A DNA stretch of 64,000 nt from Vulcanimicrobiota bacterium (GCA_050250895.1 JBFWNU010000002.1:663659-727658), one strand, 5' to 3'. Positions 37,866-48,139 are shown, counted from the first letter of the stretch. Notes: generated by a model from the letters alone, not told the origin. Program-made: numbers and translations.

Positions 37866-40265
37866 CTAGGGGTCCAGGCGGGTGCCGAATTCGTCCTCGA
37901 CCAGTTGGAACGAGCAGGCGTCGTCGACCCATTCGGCCTGATAGGTGCGCCCCTGCTCGAGTTGGCGGGCGAGGGCCAGTTTGCCCAGCGGAATCAACAC
38001 CTGGCGTTCGATCAGGCGGTCGATCTGGCGCACGCCCTCGGCGGCCTCTTCGGCCAGGGCGTCGAGCAGGCTGTCGCTCCAGCGCACCCGAGCTCGGTGG
38101 CGGGCCAGCAGGTTGTCGGCGGCGTTCTCGAGGCGAGTGCGCAGAATGGAGCGGACCGCCTCGGGCTCGAGGGGGGCAAAACGGACGACCTCGTGGATAC
38201 GGTCCAGGAACTCGGGTCGAAAGTATTCGAGTAACGCCTGACGCGTGTCACCCGCGGTCGCGCCCTGGTCCCGGCGGCGAAGGCCCAGGCGGTCAGGCTT
38301 GGCCTCGACCCCCAGGTTCGAGGTCATCACGAAGATACAGTGGGAGGCGTCCACCAGCTTGCCTGAGGCGGTCGAGAGTCGACCTTCGTCAAAGACCTGC
38401 AGAAAAAGGTCGAAGACCTGAGGGTGAGCTTTTTCGACCTCGTCGAGCAGCACCAGCGAGTAGGGGCGGTTCTGCAGCGCACCGGTGAGTTGGCCCTCGT
38501 CAGGCCCTTTGTAGCCCGGAGGCGAACCCACCAGGCGGCTGACGGTGTGGGCCTCAGAGAACTCGGACATGTCGAGACGGATCATCTGGTCCTGAAAGAA
38601 ATAGGCGGCCAGCAGGCGGGCCATCTCGGTCTTGCCCACGCCGGGCGGGCCCAAAAAGAGAAAACTGGCCAGCGGGCCCTTGCGCTCACCCAACCCCGAG
38701 TGGGCCAGGATCAGGCGGTGGCAGACCTTCTCGATGGCTTCATCCTGGCCGAACAGGCGCTGGCGAAGAAACTCTTCAAAGCCCAGCACCATGGGCGATT
38801 CGGCCTCGAGACTGCCCAGCAGCACATCCATCGAGATGCCGACGCGGGCCCCCAGGACTTCGCCCAGGAGGCGGCGGTCGACGGTGGCTTTCTCGGTGCG
38901 CCGGGCCCGGGCGCCGGCCTGGTCGAGCAAGTCGATGGCCTTGTCGGGAAAGAACCGCTGGGGCTCGAAGCGGGCCGCCAGGGCGTAGGCTTCCTGGGCG
39001 GCCCGCGGCGAGTACTCCACTTCGTGATGCCTGGCCAGTCCTTGGACCACCGCTTCGAGGATCTTCAACACTTCGTCCTCGCCGGGCTCTTCCACGATGA
39101 CCTTGTCGAGGCGCCGCTCGAGCGCCCCGTCGCGGGCCAGGAACTTCTGGTATTCTTCGGCGGTGGTGGCTCCGATGAGCGAGATTTCGCCCCGAGCCAG
39201 GGCCGGTTTGAGCATGTTGGAAGCGTCGAGGGGGGCGCCTTCAGCCTCGCCGGCCCCCATGATGGTGTGCATCTCGTCGATGAACAAGATCATGTTCTTA
39301 TCGGCGCTGGCCGTCTTGAGCAGGGCCTGGACGCGTTCTTCGAACTCGCCTCGATACTTGGTGCCAGCCACCAGGGCTCCCATCGATACCTCGAGGATGC
39401 GGCGTCCGGCTAGAGGATGCTTTTCGACGGTGACGATCTCGACCGCCAGGGCCTCGACCACGGCGCTCTTGCCAACCCCCGGCGGACCCACCAGCACCGG
39501 GTTGTTCTTGGTTTTGCGCAGTAAGGATTGGGTGAGCAGTTCGAGTTCTCTCTGGCGACCGACGAAGGGACCCAGCTTCTTCTGGCGGGCCAGGGCCGTC
39601 AGGTCACGTCCGAACTTGGTCAGGGGTTGCTTGCCCTGGCGGGTGCTCAGACTGGGCGCGGCCTGGGCGGGGCCCACCATGCGCTGCTGCAGTCGCAGCT
39701 GCTCGACATCGATGGGAGTGGGAGCTAGCGAGGGGAGCCGGGCGGGCTCGGCAAAGGCGGCGCCCAGGTTGGGACCACTCTGGTCGCCGTGAAGGGCGTC
39801 GCAGATCTCATCGAGATAGACGCCGATCTCGGCCAATCCCACAGCGGCCGCTTCGCCCGGCTCCAGCACCAGGGCTTTGAGCAGGGCCAGACTGTCGACC
39901 TGGCCGCCATGGCCGAACTCCTGGGCTTTCTCGAAGATGGCTCGAGCTTCAGGGCTGCGATGGACCACCGATTGGGTCTCGGGGCCGTCGCCATAGCCCA
40001 TCCGATCGCGGACGGCGTGACGCCATTTCTTGAACACCAGCCCGAACGGCGAAAGGGTGGCGATGAGGCGGTCCACCTCTTGTTGCAGCACCTCGGACTC
40101 GCCCGGGGCCAGGGTGAGGTCCTCGCCGAAGGTGCCCTGAAGTCCCTTGCCCAGACTCAGCAGACCCAGCCAGAGGTGAGCCGGGCCGATTAGCTGGTGA
40201 CGGCTCCAGACGGTCTCGAGAGCCGCCAGTTGCCAGCAGATGCGCGCCCCTACCGAGAGGTTCAT
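37866..40265 (-). CDS. ATP-dependent Clp protease ATP-binding subunit (ClpA/C-like, two AAA+ modules)
   Basis: Clp_N-like N-terminus; KNNPVLVGPPGVGKS, GTKYRGEFEER, FLGPPGVGKTE, RLDMSEF, LLDEVEKAHP, FRPEFLDRI. Confidence 0.92.
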   Translation of the reverse strand: MNLSVGARICWQLAALETVWSRHQLIGPAHLWLGLLSLGKGLQGTFGEDLTLAPGESEVLQQEVDRLIATLSPFGLVFKKWRHAVRDRMGYGDGPETQSVVHRSPEARAIFEKAQEFGHGGQVDSLALLKALVLEPGEAAAVGLAEIGVYLDEICDALHGDQSGPNLGAAFAEPARLPSLAPTPIDVEQLRLQQRMVGPAQAAPSLSTRQGKQPLTKFGRDLTALARQKKLGPFVGRQRELELLTQSLLRKTKNNPVLVGPPGVGKSAVVEALAVEIVTVEKHPLAGRRILEVSMGALVAGTKYRGEFEERVQALLKTASADKNMILFIDEMHTIMGAGEAEGAPLDASNMLKPALARGEISLIGATTAEEYQKFLARDGALERRLDKVIVEEPGEDEVLKILEAVVQGLARHHEVEYSPRAAQEAYALAARFEPQRFFPDKAIDLLDQAGARARRTEKATVDRRLLGEVLGARVGISMDVLLGSLEAESPMVLGFEEFLRQRLFGQDEAIEKVCHRLILAHSGLGERKGPLASFLFLGPPGVGKTEMARLLAAYFFQDQMIRLDMSEFSEAHTVSRLVGSPPGYKGPDEGQLTGALQNRPYSLVLLDEVEKAHPQVFDLFLQVFDEGRLSTASGKLVDASHCIFVMTSNLGVEAKPDRLGLRRRDQGATAGDTRQALLEYFRPEFLDRIHEVVRFAPLEPEAVRSILRTRLENAADNLLARHRARVRWSDSLLDALAEEAAEGVRQIDRLIERQVLIPLGKLALARQLEQGRTYQAEWVDDACSFQLVEDEFGTRLDP

Positions 40266-41809
40266 GGGCGGGCCGGAATCCCTGCCAGAGCGCGTTCGGC
40301 CATGGCCGTGATGGTCAAGGAAGGGTTGACGCCGGGGTTGGCCGAGACCGACGAGCCGTCGACCACGTAGAGGCCCGGGTAGCCGAACACTTCATGGCCC
40401 GTGTCGATGACGCCCTCTTGAGCCGTGGCGCCCATGCAGCAGCCCCCCAGGATGTGGGCTGTGGTCGGAATCCCGAGCAAAGTCTCGGTAATCAGGCTTT
40501 GGGCGAAGCCGTCGACCTCGCGACAATACTGGCGGGCCAACTCGGTGGCCTCGGGTATCGAGTTGGTCGGGCGGGGACCGTCGCCGTGCTCGGAGGTCAG
40601 ACCCATACGAAAGCCCGTCCACAAGCTGCGCCCCTGCTTGAGTCGCAGATAGCCTTCCAGGGTGCGCATGTAGAGCAAGATGGTGGTGCGCTCGGCATAG
40701 CGAGTGGTCAGTACGCTGCGCAGATAGTCGAACGGGCGGGTGGCCCACATGCGGAGCAGGTGGGCCATGCGCACCACCGTGCTGTCGCCGGGCACGTGGG
40801 GGGCGGCCAGAAAGCGGAAAAAGTCCGAGCCGGTGGGATAGCGACACGGCTCGATGTGAGAGTGCTCGTCGGTTTGCAGGATCGAGCCGATGGCCACGCC
40901 TTGCGAGAAGTCGAGGTCGTTGCGCCGGCTGACCACGCCGATGAGAGCTTCAGAGTTGGTGCGCACATAGTTGCCCAGATGGTGGGACAGTTTGGGAAGC
41001 CCGTGGGGGGTGTGCTTGAGCTTGAGCAACAGCGGCACGGTGCCCAGCACGCCACCACTGAGGAAGACCCGGTCGGCCAAAAAGTGCTCACTGTCGGTAG
41101 AAACGCGATAGCCGCCGCCCAGTAGGGGAGCGATCCAGTTGACTCTGGCGTTGGGACGAATCTCGGCGCCGCCTGTCTCGGCCAGGTAGAGGTAATTCTT
41201 GTCGAGGGTGTTCTTGGCGTTGTAGCGACAGCCCAACATGCAGCCGCCGCAACCGATACAGCCCGAGCGGGCTGGTCCGCGCCCTCCGAAATAAGGGTCG
41301 GGGTGGGTCTGGCCGGGCTCGCCAAAGTAGACCCCCACCGGGTTCATCGAATACTGGTCCGAGCGCCCCAGTTTGGCGGCCATCTGTTCCAGGGCGCGGT
41401 CGGCATCGGCCGGCAGTTTGTTGGTGGTCGCTCCCAGCATTCTTTGGGCCTCTTTGTAGTGGGGCTCGAGTTCGGCCTTCCAGTCGCCCAGGTGGCGCCA
41501 GGAGTCGGCCTGGAAAAACGTGTCGGAGGGGACGGGCAAAGTGTTGGCATAGACCAGCGAGCCCCCTCCCACGCCGACTCCGGAGAGGGCCGTGATGTGG
41601 GGCAGAAAGGTCATCTTGAACATGCCATGCAGGCCCAACGCCGGGGCGTAGAGCCAGCGAGAAATCTCTCGGTTGGTGCGGGGAAAGTCCTCAGCCGAAA
41701 AACGCCGGCCTTTCTCGAGCACCAGCACTTTGTAGCCCTTTTCGGTGAGCCGCAGCGCGCTCACGCTGCCTCCGAACCCCGAGCCTATGACGATGGCGTC
41801 CCATCTCAC
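40262..41809 (-). CDS. GMC oxidoreductase, cholesterol oxidase (ChoD)-like
   Basis: IGSGFGGSVSALRL, GVGGGSLVYAN, AKNTLDKNYL, TAHILGGC, GVNPSLTI. Confidence 0.9.
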   Translation of the reverse strand: MRWDAIVIGSGFGGSVSALRLTEKGYKVLVLEKGRRFSAEDFPRTNREISRWLYAPALGLHGMFKMTFLPHITALSGVGVGGGSLVYANTLPVPSDTFFQADSWRHLGDWKAELEPHYKEAQRMLGATTNKLPADADRALEQMAAKLGRSDQYSMNPVGVYFGEPGQTHPDPYFGGRGPARSGCIGCGGCMLGCRYNAKNTLDKNYLYLAETGGAEIRPNARVNWIAPLLGGGYRVSTDSEHFLADRVFLSGGVLGTVPLLLKLKHTPHGLPKLSHHLGNYVRTNSEALIGVVSRRNDLDFSQGVAIGSILQTDEHSHIEPCRYPTGSDFFRFLAAPHVPGDSTVVRMAHLLRMWATRPFDYLRSVLTTRYAERTTILLYMRTLEGYLRLKQGRSLWTGFRMGLTSEHGDGPRPTNSIPEATELARQYCREVDGFAQSLITETLLGIPTTAHILGGCCMGATAQEGVIDTGHEVFGYPGLYVVDGSSVSANPGVNPSLTITAMAERALAGIPARP

Positions 41810-41851
41810 CGAGGCAGCTTTCGACCCGGGTCGGGGTGCCCCTTTCGACCG

Positions 41852-43093
41852 CTAGTCGTCGAAGTTGTTGACATCAAAGGGCCATTCGGCCGCTATCCAT
41901 GGGCTGGTCAAAGCGGGCGCGGTCATCATCGCTCGCCGACAGTTGGCGCAAGGCGAGGTTTCATAGATGAAATGCCGGACTTGATCAAGCTCTGGCCCGG
42001 GATTGGCCTGGCACACTTCCACCAGATGGAAAACTAGGGAGTGGTGGCGCTCGGCCTCTCGATCGACTCTCAGGTGTCGGGCCAAGATAGCCGAATCGCC
42101 CGCCTCCAGATTCGAGCAAAACAGCGAGAGCTGACCCTCGAGCCAGTCCTGCGAAGCGAGTTTAGCCAACGCCAGTTGGCGAATAGCGGGATGGCGAACC
42201 GCGGCCAAAGCCTTACAGGCCCTGCGACGCACCTGGTCATCGGGATGGTCGACCAGCCGCAAGAACCGATCGCTATAGCGGTCGAACAGCGGCAGCTGGC
42301 GCTTGCGAAAGATCGAGAGTAGATGGACCAGTCGATGGGAGGATTCTTCCCTGGCCAACAGGTGGGCTACCTCTTCGAGCTGGGATTGGCTGGCGGCGCC
42401 TTGCCACAGGCTCACGGCCTGGTTGTAGTAGCGGGAGTCGTTGTCGTCGATGCACTCCAGGAGCTGAGAGACCGACAGCAGGGCGGCGGTCTTCTTCGAC
42501 AACTGAAGAACGGGGGGAGCCTTGGGAGGCGGGGCCAGGATCCCCAGACAGTCCTTGAAAGGGCTGTTGGCCAGGACCTGCTCGGCTTCACCCCTGGTAT
42601 GATCGTAGTCGTACCGCCAGATGAGGTGGTCCAGCACCGCCGCTAGAACTCGGTCAGGCAGGCGGGCGCCGAGAGCCTTCCTGACCAGCCAGAGAAGCCC
42701 GGCCGCCCCATCGAGTTCCAGGATCTCGTCATCCCCCACACCCTCGCCCGTGCGAGTAAAGCGCGCCGTGGCGTAGAGCACCTGGCGAGCTTCAGGATAT
42801 CCCTCTTTGGCCAGACGCAGACAAAGTTGACCATGCTGGTGGAGGTCTCGAGGGCGAGGCGCGCCGCGGCTGGCCACGGCCAGTCGCTTTAGAAGTTCCT
42901 TCTTCTGGTCCTGGCTGAGCAGCGGGAACAGCCAGGCAGCCCGGCCGGGCTCGCACTGGGCGTCATAGACAAGATTGCGCAAGCAGGCCTGGTAAAGGCT
43001 TTCGGAGTGGTCTTCGAGGCCATGGGCCTGATGGTGCAGGTGGACCCGACCCAGTCCCAGTCGCAGGGCCCGTCGAACCTGGCGTTGGCTCAA
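41852..43093 (-). CDS. HEAT-repeat-like hypothetical protein
   Basis: 413-aa helical ORF with DHPDDQVRRRACKAL and C-terminal CANCR. Confidence 0.6.
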   Translation of the reverse strand: MSQRQVRRALRLGLGRVHLHHQAHGLEDHSESLYQACLRNLVYDAQCEPGRAAWLFPLLSQDQKKELLKRLAVASRGAPRPRDLHQHGQLCLRLAKEGYPEARQVLYATARFTRTGEGVGDDEILELDGAAGLLWLVRKALGARLPDRVLAAVLDHLIWRYDYDHTRGEAEQVLANSPFKDCLGILAPPPKAPPVLQLSKKTAALLSVSQLLECIDDNDSRYYNQAVSLWQGAASQSQLEEVAHLLAREESSHRLVHLLSIFRKRQLPLFDRYSDRFLRLVDHPDDQVRRRACKALAAVRHPAIRQLALAKLASQDWLEGQLSLFCSNLEAGDSAILARHLRVDREAERHHSLVFHLVEVCQANPGPELDQVRHFIYETSPCANCRRAMMTAPALTSPWIAAEWPFDVNNFDD

Positions 43094-43121
43094 AGGCAGC
43101 CGATAGGGCTGGCAGTAGCGG

Positions 43122-44486
43122 CTAAGCTCGGAGATGCTCGCCCACCCGGCGGGTCTGATGCCAGAAGCGGGTGGCCAGGCTCAACCCGGCTACGCCCAGC
43201 CCCACCACGAAGCCGACCCAGATACCCTGGTGGCGCAGCGGGGTGTAAAAGCCCAACCAGCCACTGGCCGCAAAGCCGAAGACCCAGAAGCTGACCACTA
43301 CGATCGCCATGGGAACCTTGACATCCTTGAGTCCGCGCAGGGCCCCGGTAGCCGTGATCTGCAGTCCGTCAAACAGTGCAAAGACAGCCGCCAGGAAGAG
43401 CAGTTGAGTGGCCATGGCCAGCACCTGCGGGTCGGTCTGGTCGACTTCCATGAAGACCGACAGAAAGACCTGCGGAAAGCTGAGGAAAAGACTGGCGCTG
43501 GCGCTCATGAAGACGAGTGCAAGCCCCATCGTCACCCAGCCCGCCAGACGCGCCTCGGCATGGCGCTCGGCCCCGGTCAGTTGACCCACCCGCACCGACG
43601 CGGCCAGGCTCAGACCCAGGGGAATCATGAAGGCGGTGGCGGCGCAGGTCAGAGCAATCTGGTGAGCGGCCGACTCGGCCACGCCCAGTCGACCCATCAT
43701 CAGCGCCCCGACCACGAAAAAACCACACTCGGCTCCGATGGTGACTCCAATCGGCAGGCCCACCGACAACACCGACCAGAGCTTGCTCCAGCCTGGGAAG
43801 ATGAACAATTCGGTCAGGTCTTCGAACTCATCACAGCGATGGATTACCCACAGGGCCAGGCTCACTTCTAGCAGGCTCACCATCACGGTGGCCAGGGCTG
43901 CCCCGCGAATGCCGAGCCCGGGGATGCCCAGGGCTCCGAAGATCAAGATGCGGTTGAGCACGACATTGAGTAAGGCCGCGAGCACGGTGATCCGGAAGGC
44001 GGCCTGGGGCTTCGAGACAGCGTCGAGGGCATTCTTGAGCACGTTAAAGCAGAGAGCGGGCACCAGGCACCAGGAGACGGTGGTCACATAGATGGTGCCT
44101 AGCTCGATCAAGGTGGCCGGGTGACCCAGGGCCACAAATACGTGGCGAACCTGGCTCAGAGCGGCCATACCGGCCAACCCTAGCATCAGGGCCACCCACA
44201 GGCCCCGTCGCACGGTGTCGCTTAGCTCGTGGCGGCGACCGGCCCCGAAGGCCTGAGCCACCAGCGGGTTGACGGCCGCGCACACACCGATACCGAAGGC
44301 GAAGAAGAAACTGAAGCTGGAATGACCCACCGACATCGAGGCCAGCGACTCTTTGTCGAGGTGCCCCAGCATGGCCACGTCAGCAAAGAACATGGACATC
44401 TGGGCCAGTTGGGCGCCGATGAGCGGCAGCCCCAGCTTCAGAATCTCGCGAGCCTCGGCGGAAAGCGCTTGTAGTCGGGAAGTCAC
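43122..44486 (-). CDS. MATE family efflux transporter (NorM-like)
   Basis: ~12 TM; D.AMLGHL, PLVAQAFGA, AAHQIA, RVGQ..GA, FDGLQ..GALRGLKD. Confidence 0.92.
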   Translation of the reverse strand: MTSRLQALSAEAREILKLGLPLIGAQLAQMSMFFADVAMLGHLDKESLASMSVGHSSFSFFFAFGIGVCAAVNPLVAQAFGAGRRHELSDTVRRGLWVALMLGLAGMAALSQVRHVFVALGHPATLIELGTIYVTTVSWCLVPALCFNVLKNALDAVSKPQAAFRITVLAALLNVVLNRILIFGALGIPGLGIRGAALATVMVSLLEVSLALWVIHRCDEFEDLTELFIFPGWSKLWSVLSVGLPIGVTIGAECGFFVVGALMMGRLGVAESAAHQIALTCAATAFMIPLGLSLAASVRVGQLTGAERHAEARLAGWVTMGLALVFMSASASLFLSFPQVFLSVFMEVDQTDPQVLAMATQLLFLAAVFALFDGLQITATGALRGLKDVKVPMAIVVVSFWVFGFAASGWLGFYTPLRHQGIWVGFVVGLGVAGLSLATRFWHQTRRVGEHLRA

Positions 44487-44717
44487 GCCACAGTCTAGCC
44501 GGGCGAGGCCAGAAAGTCAACACCTAATATTTCCCAAGGAAAGCTGGCTCGTGACGAGGTTGCGAGCCTGGCTTCGTCCGGTCTCCGAGATCAGGTTGGT
44601 CGTGCCCCACAACAGGGTCGAAGGAGCAACCTGTTTACAACCTGTTCCGGTTCTTAGCGGCTCACGGAGTATTGAGAGAGAGCCGTCGGATAACCTGGCA
44701 ACACCAAACCAGGGAGG

Positions 44718-44960
44718 TTGACAAAGATGATGTTAGGCACAGACTACAGTCTCGCGACAAAAGGTCCCCAGTCTCCTCGGCTTGTACCAACGAACACTCC
44801 TGCCCCGGGGCGTTCGGCCGCCAGTCCAGGTTTTTCGGTCGACTACCACGCCCTGGCTGAAGGTCTGATGGGGACTCAGCAGGGATGGAAAGGGCTTTTG
44901 ACCAGGATCCGGGCCCATCAGAGCGACTTAACGCAACGCCTGGCTAACTTCTCGGAATGA
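44718..44960 (+). CDS. Small hypothetical protein
   Basis: GGGAGG just upstream; start TTG 44718 or ATG ~44727. Confidence 0.5.
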   Translation: MTKMMLGTDYSLATKGPQSPRLVPTNTPAPGRSAASPGFSVDYHALAEGLMGTQQGWKGLLTRIRAHQSDLTQRLANFSE

Positions 44961-45015
44961 CGTGCAGGTCGGACACGTTCAATCCTCGCCATGCGAGGCA
45001 AGACGCCGTGGAGCG

Positions 45016-45897
45016 CTATTCCTCGCGGCGGTGATAGATGCCCCAGGGACCCATCTCGGTGATGACCGTGGGATTGGACGCCGGCCTGGGGGCTTCGCGG
45101 GTCGGCTTGCTGCCGCCCTCGATGATCAACTCGCCTTTGCGCGAGTCGATATTGGTCAACCCCATCTGGATGTTGGGCGGCAAAAGCCCGTCGAGGTCAA
45201 ATTCGAAGGCGTTGTCTTGCTGGCGAACGCCCACTTTCTCGAGCTTGCTACCGGTCATCGAGGCGGCCAGTCCCAGCACCAACTTGGGGACCGGCACGAC
45301 CCCAAAAATGTGGCTTTTCTCGAGCTCGAAGCGCAGGCTACCCCCGTCGCCGACCGAGAGCTTGCCGGTCAGTTCGAAGGGGATGTCGATCAGCTTGTCG
45401 ACCTTGCCCGACACGGTCAGGCGACCGCCTTCTCCGACTCGAATATCGAGGTCTTGGATTCCGTTCTTGGCCAGAGCCTCGGCGCCGGCGCTGGTGGCCG
45501 TGCGGTTGATGGTGGCCTCGGGGATGCGGGCCTTGAGATCTTCGACCTCGACGGCCATGTCCTTGTATTTCTCGAGCGGGGGCAGGGCGGGCCGGCCGTC
45601 GGCCAGGAAAGCATCAAGCGCGAGCTGGTCGCCCAGCCCCTCGGTCTTGACTTTGAGGCGGTCCACGCTGTAGTCGGGGGTGCTCAGACCCTTGATGACC
45701 AACTTGCCAGCGGCCGGGTCGAGACGAATCGGCCCGGCCTCGGCCTGAGCCTTCTTCAGTTCGCCGCGCAGGTGGGCGTTTTCGAGGGCCAACTCGTCGT
45801 AGGTGGGCTGGATCGAAGTCTCCTGGCTGGCTAAAGGAGCCCGGTCGCGATTACGCGGAACGATAGGAATACCGAGGGCTGACGTGGAGTTGACCAT
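45016..45897 (-). CDS. Hypothetical protein, DUF2993/LmeA-like beta-rich fold possible
   Basis: Coiled coil then alternating beta pattern (LTVSGK..IPFELTGKLSV..GELIIEG). Confidence 0.55.
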   Translation of the reverse strand: MVNSTSALGIPIVPRNRDRAPLASQETSIQPTYDELALENAHLRGELKKAQAEAGPIRLDPAAGKLVIKGLSTPDYSVDRLKVKTEGLGDQLALDAFLADGRPALPPLEKYKDMAVEVEDLKARIPEATINRTATSAGAEALAKNGIQDLDIRVGEGGRLTVSGKVDKLIDIPFELTGKLSVGDGGSLRFELEKSHIFGVVPVPKLVLGLAASMTGSKLEKVGVRQQDNAFEFDLDGLLPPNIQMGLTNIDSRKGELIIEGGSKPTREAPRPASNPTVITEMGPWGIYHRREE

Positions 45898-46048
45898 ACC
45901 CTATTGTAGCCTCGATGTTCGGCGGTTGCAACCTTTAATTGAAGCCATTTTGTTGGGATCTTCGAACATGTTGATTTAACACTTTCTTAACGATTGCCCA
46001 AGCTTTTTCAAGAGAAATTTAAGCTCCTGGTGGTACTCTCCAGGCACG

Positions 46049-46549
46049 ATGGTTCCCAGCAAATTGCAGATAGCTACCACCCTGGTTCGCCCTTTTGTTC
46101 TCTCCCGCATGGGAGCCGAGCGTCCGGCCGAGTCCGAGGCCCCGACCGGGGACCGGGTAGAGATTTCCGAGGGAACTTCGCAACCCGCTGGCAACAAGGC
46201 CGTGAAAGCTGCTTCGGAAGCCCTGGGTCTGGTGGCTGGAGCAGCCGCTGGCACGGTAGCCGTAGCCGTCTGTGCGGCCAACTATCCGGCCGCCGCCCTG
46301 GCGGTCGGCGTGGCCACCACGGTCACCGTGCTGACCAGCGAGGTCGAACCGGGTTCGCCCATGGAGAATAAATTGGTCAAGACGGCCGTGGCCGTCGGGG
46401 CCGGGGTAGTGGCCGGCATCTATGCCCCGGCCGTGGCTGGTGCCGCGACCGCGGTGGCCACCGAACATCTGGTCACCCAGGGCACCGAAGCTCTGTTGAG
46501 CGGCTATCTGTCTCCCGCGCCCGAGTTGGCTCCTGCCTCCGTCGGATAG
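46049..46549 (+). CDS. Ala/Gly/Val-rich membrane hypothetical protein
   Basis: Two hydrophobic hairpins, no cleavable signal peptide. Confidence 0.6.
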   Translation: MVPSKLQIATTLVRPFVLSRMGAERPAESEAPTGDRVEISEGTSQPAGNKAVKAASEALGLVAGAAAGTVAVAVCAANYPAAALAVGVATTVTVLTSEVEPGSPMENKLVKTAVAVGAGVVAGIYAPAVAGAATAVATEHLVTQGTEALLSGYLSPAPELAPASVG

Positions 46550-46980
46550 CCGCGACTCACCCAGCCGGGATACCCTTCGGTCATCACCAACACCCGGGTA
46601 AAGCCCTGGGCAAGAAGTTCTTTGGCCAGCTTGGACGAGGCTCCACAGGCAGGTCCATCGCAATAGACCACCAATCCAGTGGCAGCTTTGAGTTGGTTGG
46701 GACTGACCGTAGTGGCCTCGAAGGGGCTCCAGTGGGCGGCTCCCTGGATGTGACCGGCCTGGTAGGCGGCCTGCTCGCGAGCATCTAGAAACACGAAGGG
46801 TTGCTCGAGGTAGTAGCGCGCCTGCTCGACGCTGATGTATTGCACCCCCTTGACCAGGGGAGGGGAGTAATGGTTGAACAGCGGCATTTTGCCGCGGTTG
46901 AGCGCCACTGGCGCCAGGCCGAGTGAAAAGGCTAGCGTGACCAGGGCAAAGCTGCCGAGGAGCAAGTCGCGCAGCCTCAC
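46504..46980 (-). CDS. Rhodanese-like domain protein with N-terminal TM
   Basis: FLDARE..YQAGHIQGA, VVYCDGPAC, GYPGW. Confidence 0.88.
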   Translation of the reverse strand: MRLRDLLLGSFALVTLAFSLGLAPVALNRGKMPLFNHYSPPLVKGVQYISVEQARYYLEQPFVFLDAREQAAYQAGHIQGAAHWSPFEATTVSPNQLKAATGLVVYCDGPACGASSKLAKELLAQGFTRVLVMTEGYPGWVSRGYPTEAGANSGAGDR

Positions 46981-47690
46981 GGTCGCGCCCCCCCAAAAAC
47001 GGGGATGGAGACTCGGGTGAAAACGGGGTGGTCGGTGCCCAACCAGATGGCTCCCCCCAACGGGGTGGGGCCCTGGTCGCTTCGCGAGACGAGAATGCGA
47101 ACGCGATCAACTTCGGTCTTCAACTCGACCTTCAGCCCGGGGGGCGCCGACTCGACTCCGGTCAGCTTGAACTTCAGATTTTCTGGATAGAGATCGAGTT
47201 CGGCGGTGGGACTGACCTTTTCCAGGCTGAGATGGGGCGGCTCGAGTCGGTAGGCGGGCTGGATGGTGCCTTTGATCTCGAGCTCATGGGGCGAGCCGGC
47301 GGCGTTGGTGAACACCCGAATGTGCTTTTGGAACGGGCCTGCAGTCGCTCCGGGCGAGAAGGTGACTTCGAGTTCTCCGTTCTGGCCAGGAGCCAGGTCC
47401 GAGGTCGAGGTGACGGCGGCCGTGCAACCACAACTGGTTTTCACTTCTCCGATGTGAAGGCTCGAGCGCCCCACGTTCTTGAACTCGAAGCTGGCCTTGA
47501 CCGGGGTGGCGGGAGGGATCTCGCCAAAGTCGTGCTCGGGCGTGTTGGCCTCGAAGCGGGCGGCCAGTGGGTTGAGGCGAGCCAGAATGCCTTCCAGGCG
47601 GGGGCCGGCTACTCGTCGAGCCGCTCCCCATCCCACCACCAGATTGAAGGCCAGGCTGAGGCTGGTCACCAGCCACAGAGCAATCCTCAT
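46977..47690 (-). CDS. DUF1573 (Ig-like) domain protein
   Basis: HDFGEI..FEFKNVG..VKTSCGCT..LAPGQ..FQKHIRVFTN; ATG 47690 overlaps the upstream TGA. Confidence 0.85.
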   Translation of the reverse strand: MRIALWLVTSLSLAFNLVVGWGAARRVAGPRLEGILARLNPLAARFEANTPEHDFGEIPPATPVKASFEFKNVGRSSLHIGEVKTSCGCTAAVTSTSDLAPGQNGELEVTFSPGATAGPFQKHIRVFTNAAGSPHELEIKGTIQPAYRLEPPHLSLEKVSPTAELDLYPENLKFKLTGVESAPPGLKVELKTEVDRVRILVSRSDQGPTPLGGAIWLGTDHPVFTRVSIPVFGGARP

Positions 47691-48139
47691 TCGGCGGTGG
47701 AGCATTCCACCTCCAGCGAGCCGTATCGATCCAGCGACCAGTCCCCGCCACCGCGGCGGCAAAGCCAAAAGCTGCCGACCATCACGGCCAGGTTGAGCAC
47801 GACGTGAAGAGCGTCGGCCGGGGAGCCGCCCGAGAAGCAGCCACATTCGATGTTGAGCCCGCGAGCCAGCGCCGAACTGATGCCCACCGCAAAAGCCAGC
47901 GAGAGCACCCCGGTGATGAGAGCCGCGCTGCGGGTCAGAGCGCCGCTCAGCAGACACAGTCCCGCCAGGACTTCGAGCCAGGGCAGGGTGATGGCCGTGA
48001 GGGTGATGAGGCGCGCCGGAACCAGGTGATAGTTGTAGATGGCCTCGGCGAAGGCGGCCGGGTCGCTCACCTTGGACACTCCAGCCACCAGAAACAACAA
48101 ACCGATTACGATTCGGACGAATAAGAGGCGCATCGGCAT
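47687..48139 (-). CDS. MauE/DoxX family membrane protein
   Basis: AGVSKVSDP..F..AIYNY, LPWLE, RGLNIECGCF. Confidence 0.88.
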   Translation of the reverse strand: MPMRLLFVRIVIGLLFLVAGVSKVSDPAAFAEAIYNYHLVPARLITLTAITLPWLEVLAGLCLLSGALTRSAALITGVLSLAFAVGISSALARGLNIECGCFSGGSPADALHVVLNLAVMVGSFWLCRRGGGDWSLDRYGSLEVECSTAE

